Below, piece after piece: positions 18,304 to 25,291 of a stretch of DNA of 64,000 nucleotides. Below the pieces are notes generated by a model. It ran no database searches. It was not told the origin of the DNA and worked only from the letters and a program-made list of their open reading frames with translations. The first letter of the stretch is position 1. The number at the start of each line of letters is the position of its first letter. This stretch comes from Gemmataceae bacterium (lineage in GTDB: Bacteria; Planctomycetota; Planctomycetia; Gemmatales; Gemmataceae): NCBI GenBank assembly GCA_003136315.1, contig PLDW01000516.1, positions 53,086 to 117,085 of the forward strand, written 5' to 3'. Position numbers and translations under genes: made by a program.

Positions 18304-18972
18304 CTAGCTCCCCATCTGGTTGATCGTGCTCTCGATTGCCTTGTAAGCTGCATCTCCCTTAGACAAAGCGACTGCTGCCACCCTCTCGGTCAGGCCAGCC
18401 TTCACCTTATCTCGGATAGCAGCCAGGAACTCCTTAACCTGTTGCCACTTGGTTTTTGGCGAATTGGTCTGGGCTTTTACGGATTCTGCGTCCGCCTTGA
18501 CCTCTTCCTTGTCGTCAGGGGTGAGGTCTAACTCGTCGATCACCTCAAGGACCAGGCGGATCGCCTCTTTGGCACTCTCTTTCTGGTCAATCCCGAAGGT
18601 GACGGTCTGGGTGGCGTGTGGGCTGTGAATTTGGAGGGCCGAGTTCAGAATGTTACCGGCGTTGATAACCGATCCGTGGACGACCATGTGGGGGCGGTCG
18701 ATATGCGGGGCGACTTGGTAGAAAGCCTTCAGTTTTACCACTTCCGTACCCATCACATACGGTTCCACCCGGTCAATCAGGTGCGTTTTCTTGCTTAAGA
18801 TGAGCGAGACTTCGTCACCGGCTTGTACCTCGATTTCGGGCGAGAATTCCACGCAAGGCTCTTCTTTGCGAACCATCGTCTTTGCGCGGAAGACGACGGC
18901 CCCACCTCTGCGAACCTCCGCATCTTGCCCAAGTTGGATCAGGGCCATCTTGAAGGCGGGGGAAGCAAGCAT
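18304..18972 (-). CDS. beta-barrel + amyloid-like motif + helical-bundle protein (paralog 1)
   Basis: GGAGGT RBS before ATG 18972; paralogous to 17656-18288. Confidence 0.8.
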   Translation of the reverse strand: MLASPAFKMALIQLGQDAEVRRGGAVVFRAKTMVRKEEPCVEFSPEIEVQAGDEVSLILSKKTHLIDRVEPYVMGTEVVKLKAFYQVAPHIDRPHMVVHGSVINAGNILNSALQIHSPHATQTVTFGIDQKESAKEAIRLVLEVIDELDLTPDDKEEVKADAESVKAQTNSPKTKWQQVKEFLAAIRDKVKAGLTERVAAVALSKGDAAYKAIESTINQMGS

Positions 18973-19178
18973 CTGTGATTACCTCCAAGCGATATAAGTC
19001 GATAAAAACAAACAATATCAAGTCTATTACCTGTTTCAGACCATTACGAGGTCAGCAGCCAGATGACTTGCCCTTTGGTGGGTAGCTTACTTTGTGGCTA
19101 CGCTCTGATACTTCTCGGATACCCTTCTATGCATCCTTTCTCATCGCGAATGAGTGAGGAGTGCAACCACAATGACCA

Positions 19179-20498
19179 TTACGCAGCCACGTCGATAGCG
19201 TCCTTAATGACCTTGGCCGAACTCAGAACGGACGCGACCCCCGACGCTACTTCCTTGATGCGATTGAAATACCGGCGGACGAGTCCGGGTTCGTGAACCT
19301 TCTTCTCCAGTTCCAACGTGATTCGCCCCAAGCTGTCGTTTACGTCCGCCTGATCGGTCTGGCTCAGTCGCGCCGTTTCGACGGCTTCCCGAGCGGTGAT
19401 GAGGGTCTTTTTGGTCGCCTCATCCAGCGCGGAGTTGTTCACCGCCTCGCTGTAAACCGTGATGTCTCGGGCGTTGATTGTTCCGGACCCCACCAACCCC
19501 GCATTTACGTTGCCGTGAACCGTGTTCTTGTCGCCCATTACTACGTCTCCCAGGATTACAGGACTACCGCCGTGAAGCAGTTGAACGTCACGGATGAACT
19601 TTTCTAGCTCACTGCCGTTCATCTCCGATAGCTTGTCATTAAGATACTCGCGGTATCTATCGAATACTTCCTTGTTTTTCTCAGAGAACTCGCGCAGCCA
19701 GTCCTTGTTGCACGGATATTGTTCACTAAGGCGTTTCTTTGTAACTCGCCGCTTCCCATTTTGCAGAACTTCAACGAGGCCGCTCGCAGTATCCAAGTTC
19801 TCCTGTTGAAGAAAGGTGAGCACGAAATCCCGATAGTACTCCTGATGATCCGCAGCTATCTTCCGCCGGATCATCCATCTTGGGATAAGAATTATAGGAC
19901 TGTTTTCATAAATTGGTAGAAATGCGGTGTCGTTTTTCCAAGCGTGTTGGTCTTCCAGCCACGCTACACCGCGGGGGATACGCCTTAGCGGAACCCCATA
20001 TTTGAAACACTGCTCAGCCGTGAAAGCGGCGAGTTCCCCCCGGATGATGTTGGTGGTAATGTCGGAAATCTTGTCCTGAGAAATGCCAGGGATGAGGAGT
20101 TCGCAATCGCTCAGGTCACGGAGCAGACCGGTTTTCACGGCCTCGCTCTTCGCCAGCTTGTCGTATACCTGTCCCGCCTGCAACTTCCCGACCCCCCGAC
20201 CTTGGGGAGAAGTACTCGACACCCCGAGCCGGGTTTCGTTCGGCTCGTTGAGGTTGTCGAGAAGTCGCCGACCGCGGTGATCTCGACCGGTCCGGATGCA
20301 ATCGAGGATCGTTTCAAAAAAGTCAACGACGAGATTATTACACACAACCGCCTTGTCATCTAACCCCACCTTGAATGCGTAGGGGTCGACGTAGACGGGC
20401 AGGTCGGTGGTTAAGAGGATGTCTACGAAATCAAGCTCTTGCTGAGGTTTGTTAATCCCGAAGTATTCTGAGAACCGCGGGCAGGTCGATTTACCCAT
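19179..20498 (-). CDS. hypothetical defence-island protein: ~330-aa globular domain + G/N/V-rich motif + helical bundle
   Basis: Conserved-looking motifs FSEYFG, DLPVYVDP, EPNETRLG, GISQDKISD; tail GDKNTVHGNVNAGLVGSG then helical LSQTDQADVNDSLGRITLEL. Confidence 0.75.
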   Translation of the reverse strand: MGKSTCPRFSEYFGINKPQQELDFVDILLTTDLPVYVDPYAFKVGLDDKAVVCNNLVVDFFETILDCIRTGRDHRGRRLLDNLNEPNETRLGVSSTSPQGRGVGKLQAGQVYDKLAKSEAVKTGLLRDLSDCELLIPGISQDKISDITTNIIRGELAAFTAEQCFKYGVPLRRIPRGVAWLEDQHAWKNDTAFLPIYENSPIILIPRWMIRRKIAADHQEYYRDFVLTFLQQENLDTASGLVEVLQNGKRRVTKKRLSEQYPCNKDWLREFSEKNKEVFDRYREYLNDKLSEMNGSELEKFIRDVQLLHGGSPVILGDVVMGDKNTVHGNVNAGLVGSGTINARDITVYSEAVNNSALDEATKKTLITAREAVETARLSQTDQADVNDSLGRITLELEKKVHEPGLVRRYFNRIKEVASGVASVLSSAKVIKDAIDVAA

Positions 20499-20690
20499 TC
20501 GGTGCCGTGTTCTTTCCCGCCCAAGGCGAAGGTGGAATCCCCCCGATGAAAGTCAGCAACAATCGTGCCAAAATCAGCTAGCCACTGTAACGTATTTAGC
20601 GGTACGGAATTAGGGAATGCGACGGTAAACCCACATTCACTTGCCGTTCGATTATCCTTCACTATACTGCCATTTTCGTACTGTCCTGCC

Positions 20691-20828
20691 TCAACTTCCT
20701 GCCATCTTGACGGGGCCGATCTCGTAGGGCTTCCCTCTTCGGTTCAGGATGCCCTTCACGTCTTTCCTGGATCTGCCGATTAACCGACCAAGTTCGAGGG
20801 TCGATTTCCTTCTGACCAGAGTATTCAT
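20691..20828 (-). CDS. possible 45-aa basic small protein (HTH-like)
   Basis: MNTLVRRKSTLELGRLIGRSRKDVKGILNRRGKPYEIGPVKMAGS preceded by AAGAGAGG; below the ORF-track cutoff. Confidence 0.35.
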   Translation of the reverse strand: MNTLVRRKSTLELGRLIGRSRKDVKGILNRRGKPYEIGPVKMAGS

Positions 20829-20932
20829 CCTCTCTTGGTGGGTGTCGATTGGCCATCTTTTCCTGGTGAATGGGGCGAGTTAGCACTGGTGTGGATCAAG
20901 TGGGGGCGGGAGGGCGACCCGCTTCCCCTGAG

Positions 20933-21418
20933 CTAGCCGAACAGCCTCCTCATGATCCTCCCAAACCAGCCAGCCTGAGTGGGGTTTGCCGGTGTGGGCG
21001 GTGAAGCCGCTGCCATAGGGACCGGCGACAGGGGGATCGGGGACAACACAGAGGGAGAGGCAAGAACGTCGGGTCTCGGCTTCAGGCAGTCGATGTAGTT
21101 TGACTTGGCCTGCGAGTCAGCGGCCTGCCCGGCTTCGATTTCGGCACTGGACCACTGACTCGCCCACCTTATCTGGTTGTGGGTTATCCAGTAGTGGGAC
21201 TTGCACGGGAGGCTCCAGCTCCCTATCGATGGATAAAGGGAGATCGTCCGCCCATCGTAGATCAACTGCCAGTCGGCGGGGGACAGCGGCGTCACGACCT
21301 CGTTGCCACAGCCACAACAGCATTTGTGGACTACGGTTGCGTAGATCATCGAGATGTAGAGAGTTCCTTCTTGCAGGACGTCGGGAACGAACTCAACAAA
21401 CACTGGCGTGATTACCAT
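20933..21418 (-). CDS. DUF6527-family protein
   Basis: HKCCCGCGNEVVTPLSP..W......SLYPSIGSWSLPCKSHYWI; start overlaps upstream ThiF end. Confidence 0.88.
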   Translation of the reverse strand: MVITPVFVEFVPDVLQEGTLYISMIYATVVHKCCCGCGNEVVTPLSPADWQLIYDGRTISLYPSIGSWSLPCKSHYWITHNQIRWASQWSSAEIEAGQAADSQAKSNYIDCLKPRPDVLASPSVLSPIPLSPVPMAAASPPTPANPTQAGWFGRIMRRLFG

Positions 21419-22598
21419 TTTGCTCGCCCAGTTGGTCGCCGTTAATGAGCCCGCCAGTCCGCACGTTGTAAAACGAGTTATGCTCCTGCGGAACATCGTG
21501 GTAAAAGCCAAACAGCTTCTTCCATTTGACGACGGCAAGAGCCGCATTGAGGCAATTCAGGTCTGCGATCTGGATGTTCGTGGAGTAGGCGTCGTCAACA
21601 TCGTCCACGAGCGAAACCCGGCGGCGCACGTGGTCACGCTTCGAGGGCGTGCTTGTGGTGACCCGGACCAGCCCGGACAACGCCCCGTCCTCCTGCGCCA
21701 ACCCCATACCGACATCGATAAAGGGAGTGCCCCACTCCTCCAACCTGGTGATCAGCGTCTTCTTGTACTTGCCGCCGTCGCAGCAGATGAAGACGAACTT
21801 CATCCCCCGGAGGCTTTCGACGTTGCTATCGTCGATGTACTCTGGGTGTGCGTGGATGCCCCGTCGCATGTTTGAGTAGAAGTCCCTGAAGTAGACCACC
21901 TTGTACTCGATCGATCGGAGGATTTCGATCGTCGGAGCACCGGGTGACCTGAAGGCGTTGTGGTTCAGAAACCGGTCCCCGTCGAACAGGTGTATCTCCT
22001 TGACAGGGCACTTCGCCAGGAGGTCGAGCACATAGGAGCCGGTGCCCCCAAGGCCCACGATGGCGACCTTCTCCAACTCCAGCTTGGCGGTAAGGGTGGT
22101 GATCCCGGCCCGGCTTGAGGCGGTGTCGGGGTAGCAGAAGACCGACTCGTCCTCAGTGGTTTCGGCGATTTTGTAGGTCTGGGCGGTCACCGTATTGTCG
22201 ATCGCTCTCGCCGGGGGCGTGATCATCTCGACGTAACGGGTGATCTGCTCGTAGTAGCCGGGGTAGCCCTCTGGCGGCTTGTTTGAGAAAGATCGGTTGG
22301 CTGTGAGGCTGTCGCTAATGTGGTAGGGGGTGGTAGTGTGCTTCAAGCCGGTTATCTCGGTCCCGTCGATATTGCACGGGTGGTCACCGATGAAGTAGGC
22401 AACGTGGGTGTCGGGTTTCTGGACCATGTCGCCCGCGATGACGAGCTTGACGGCGAGAACCCCATACGCGACCTCCTTGCCGGAGTTCACGTAGGGGATG
22501 TGCCCCACGAGGAGGTGGCTTGCGACCACCTCCAGTTCATACCCGTTGTCGCGGAGCCTGACGAGGTCCGGGCTACGAGCGATTAGTTGACTTGACAT
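21393..22598 (-). CDS. E2-like (DUF6791-type) + ThiF/E1 fusion protein
   Basis: N-terminal VGHIPYVN...HVAYFIGDHPC...FSNKP; C-terminal IVGLGGTGSYVLD, LFDGD..LNHNAFRSPG, FICCD, QIADLNCLNA. Confidence 0.88.
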   Translation of the reverse strand: MSSQLIARSPDLVRLRDNGYELEVVASHLLVGHIPYVNSGKEVAYGVLAVKLVIAGDMVQKPDTHVAYFIGDHPCNIDGTEITGLKHTTTPYHISDSLTANRSFSNKPPEGYPGYYEQITRYVEMITPPARAIDNTVTAQTYKIAETTEDESVFCYPDTASSRAGITTLTAKLELEKVAIVGLGGTGSYVLDLLAKCPVKEIHLFDGDRFLNHNAFRSPGAPTIEILRSIEYKVVYFRDFYSNMRRGIHAHPEYIDDSNVESLRGMKFVFICCDGGKYKKTLITRLEEWGTPFIDVGMGLAQEDGALSGLVRVTTSTPSKRDHVRRRVSLVDDVDDAYSTNIQIADLNCLNAALAVVKWKKLFGFYHDVPQEHNSFYNVRTGGLINGDQLGEQNGNHASVC

Positions 22599-22848
22599 CG
22601 AATATCATCCTGTTCTTGCCTTCAACCGATTCCCCAGGGGCGAGAGTGCCTTCGTGGTGGCCCTCTCTGTAGGCCACGGAGATCACCTTGTCGGGGGCGG
22701 GGGTAAACCCAGCCAAGGTCACGATCTCGTCATAGGTCAGCAGCCCCTTCTTCACCCTCTTCTCTCGTCCGTTCACGATGATCACGATCTCGTCGTGGTG
22801 CCCGTGGGCGTCGTGACCTGGGAAGGACTTTTCGGCGGTGCTTTCCAT
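22573..22848 (-). CDS. single multiubiquitin-type Ubl with His-rich N-terminus
   Basis: IIVNGREK....LTYDEIVTLAG...VAY...GTLAPGESV....MIFDVKSTNRS*. Confidence 0.82.
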   Translation of the reverse strand: MESTAEKSFPGHDAHGHHDEIVIIVNGREKRVKKGLLTYDEIVTLAGFTPAPDKVISVAYREGHHEGTLAPGESVEGKNRMIFDVKSTNRS

Positions 22849-23136
22849 GTGAACTATTTCTGCCGTGTAAAACGGCGTTACGTGTGTGGACCCTGTTTCG
22901 GGAGGGCGCTGGAACCCGCAGGGTAGTTGGAACACCGGCCTTTTGGTGAGCGGCTATAGGCGCGAGGTCCGACCCCTGGTTAGGATGGGCGATTAGTCAT
23001 CTGCCCCTGGAAGGAAATACGACCGGGTGTAACAGCCCTCGCCTTTCGACAGAAGACGGCCACACCGGGCGGCTTGTAAGGAACTACGAGGGTGCGTAAC
23101 AGGTTGGGGGGGTGTTACGGGCCATCGTAGAAAGAG

Positions 23137-23808
23137 TTGCAGCAGGATGCTGGTTCTGAAGACGAGCGAGATATGGCCAGCCAAGAATCACCCGAGGATG
23201 AAAACACCCGATTAGCGATATCGCTACTCGACGATAATGAGGACGCCCTCAAGGAGATGCTGCGCCGGTACGGTCCGGACATCATCAAAGTCCTGCACGC
23301 CAAGTTCACCTTGCGGCTGAAGTCTCTAACGTTAGAGGACATCGAGGACGTGGTGGCGGTTGCCATTCACCGCATCTGGGACGCCCGGAAGGTATATGAC
23401 GACAAACAACAGTCACTCCGCGTCTGGTTCTACTGCATCGCCGAGAACGTGGCGAAAGATGTATTGAAACACGGCTGGTACAAGGCCCGCCGCCTGGAGC
23501 GAAACCCGGGGCAGGACTGGCTTGAAGCTCGTCCCGACTGTGCCGTTCACGAGCCGCAGATGCAGAAGAAGGACGAGAGGCGGAAAGAGTCGAAGCGGAT
23601 GCAGGATCTCGCTACGGTTGTGAACAAACTTCCAGAGGTTCAGCGTAGAATATTATTGACGGACGCTGCCATGCGCGACGGTGTGGCCTCAAGCGAACTG
23701 CTTGCCAACGAACTCGACATCCCCGTCGCCCACGTCCGCGTCTACCGCTTTCGGGGAATGGCGACCGTTCGAAAAGAGATGACGAAACTTGGGCATGACA
23801 TTCCCTGA
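23137..23808 (+). CDS. sigma-70 family (ECF-like) RNA polymerase sigma factor
   Basis: Region 2 DIEDVVAVAIHRIW..SLRVWFYCIAENVAKD; region 4 LPEVQRRIL..ELANELDIPVAHVRVYRFRG; start may be 23173. Confidence 0.85.
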   Translation: MQQDAGSEDERDMASQESPEDENTRLAISLLDDNEDALKEMLRRYGPDIIKVLHAKFTLRLKSLTLEDIEDVVAVAIHRIWDARKVYDDKQQSLRVWFYCIAENVAKDVLKHGWYKARRLERNPGQDWLEARPDCAVHEPQMQKKDERRKESKRMQDLATVVNKLPEVQRRILLTDAAMRDGVASSELLANELDIPVAHVRVYRFRGMATVRKEMTKLGHDIP

Positions 23809-24199
23809 CACACGCAGGCACCCCATGACCCCCGCCGACCTAGATGCTCAACTGCGCAGACTAATTGCCAAAGCCTTGGTACCACCCGATCTGTGCGCCA
23901 CGGACCCGCACGACATCGAAGCTATGCTTGACGCAGCCAAGGGAGAACCGCTGCCCGAGAGCCAAGTCGAGCGTATTCTGAAGAAGGCGAAAGGCGAACT
24001 CCCGGTTGGTGAACGAGAGGAGGAGCAGCCGGTTTGGTCTGGCGAGGCACTCACGGAAGAAGAGGAAGCTCTGGTCGCTCTCCATCGGAAAGAGGGAGGT
24101 GAGTTGCCAGCGGAGATCAAGGAGAAACTCCGCCGGTTACGTGATTTGGCTCGTGCGGAGCCAGAAGCAGGGAGAGAAGGAGAAGGCAGTGACGACTAA
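23795..24199 (+). CDS. acidic helical hypothetical protein (anti-sigma or peptidase-substrate candidate)
   Basis: Overlaps both the sigma stop and the peptidase start; no family recognised. Confidence 0.7.
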   Translation: MTFPDTRRHPMTPADLDAQLRRLIAKALVPPDLCATDPHDIEAMLDAAKGEPLPESQVERILKKAKGELPVGEREEEQPVWSGEALTEEEEALVALHRKEGGELPAEIKEKLRRLRDLARAEPEAGREGEGSDD

Positions 24200-25085
24200 C
24201 TGGAACAAAGCGCGGGCGAGCCGAGACGAGGCGGCGAACATAGCGGAGATGATTGTCCAAGGGCTGGAAATAACGAAGCCGCCCGTGAGCCCATTCGATG
24301 TCATTCGGTCCGAACGTCGGCGGCTGGTCGCCTTCGGAGACGATTTCGGAGATGCCTTCGATGGCCGTCTTGAGTACCAGAAGCCAAAGTTCATCATCTT
24401 CTACAACACAAAGTACGACGCATGGCCGCACAAGGGGAAGCACCACCCGAAGGTCACTTTCACCATCGCGCATGAAGTCGGCCATTTCTGCCTAGCCCGG
24501 CATCGTAACTACCTCAAGAAGGGCGGTAGTCCCCACGGATCGCAGACGGAGTTTGTCTCGGACAACCTGTCCGAGCGCGAGGCCGACGCCTTTGCTGCGG
24601 GCTTACTCATGCCGAAGTTCCTGGCCGACGATGTTGTCAACGCTGGGCCACCTGAGTTCAAGGACGTGCAGGAGGCGAAAGACCTCTTTGAAGTCTCCCT
24701 CACAAGCATGATGTTGCGCTGGGTCCAGTTGTCGAACTTCCCGTGCGCAATGTGCTCTGTCCGCGACGGGAGCATCGAATGGGGTCTTACATCCGATGCC
24801 TTCAAAAAGGCAGGTGCGTACAAGGTGAACCGGGGAAAGCGAGTTACGTCCAGGGCCGCCACCAAGTTCATCTCGGTTGATCCGTCAATTTCTCGCTACC
24901 GGGATGAAGAAAGGTGGGGATCGGCTGAACACTGGCTCGACTTTGAACGCACAGACCTCGGGGTCGTCGAACACTTCGTGGCTATCCCTTCTACCAAGCA
25001 GGTTCTAGTGTTCATCACTGCCGATGAAGAAGATACATTTAAATGTCTTGATGATGACGATCGGTTAGAAAATTCTGACGAATAG
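24189..25085 (+). CDS. ImmA/IrrE-family zinc metallopeptidase
   Basis: FTIAHEVGHF (HExxH), EREADAFAAGLLMP, FEVSLTS; GTG start at 24189. Confidence 0.9.
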   Translation: MTTNWNKARASRDEAANIAEMIVQGLEITKPPVSPFDVIRSERRRLVAFGDDFGDAFDGRLEYQKPKFIIFYNTKYDAWPHKGKHHPKVTFTIAHEVGHFCLARHRNYLKKGGSPHGSQTEFVSDNLSEREADAFAAGLLMPKFLADDVVNAGPPEFKDVQEAKDLFEVSLTSMMLRWVQLSNFPCAMCSVRDGSIEWGLTSDAFKKAGAYKVNRGKRVTSRAATKFISVDPSISRYRDEERWGSAEHWLDFERTDLGVVEHFVAIPSTKQVLVFITADEEDTFKCLDDDDRLENSDE

Positions 25086-25291
25086 AATAATTATCTTCTT
25101 GTTGTTGGCGACATCTACCATCCGATGACCGATTCGGCGCTCACCACGCTGCCCAAACGTATCGACTCCTTGATCGTGTCTGGCGCCTCCTGATGGGCAG
25201 CCTCCGCTCTGCCGTGATCTTTAGCGGCTCCTCGTTCTCGGATGACTCCCCCGAGGGGTTGATACTCAGACGCGATTTTCGTGTTGCAGAT

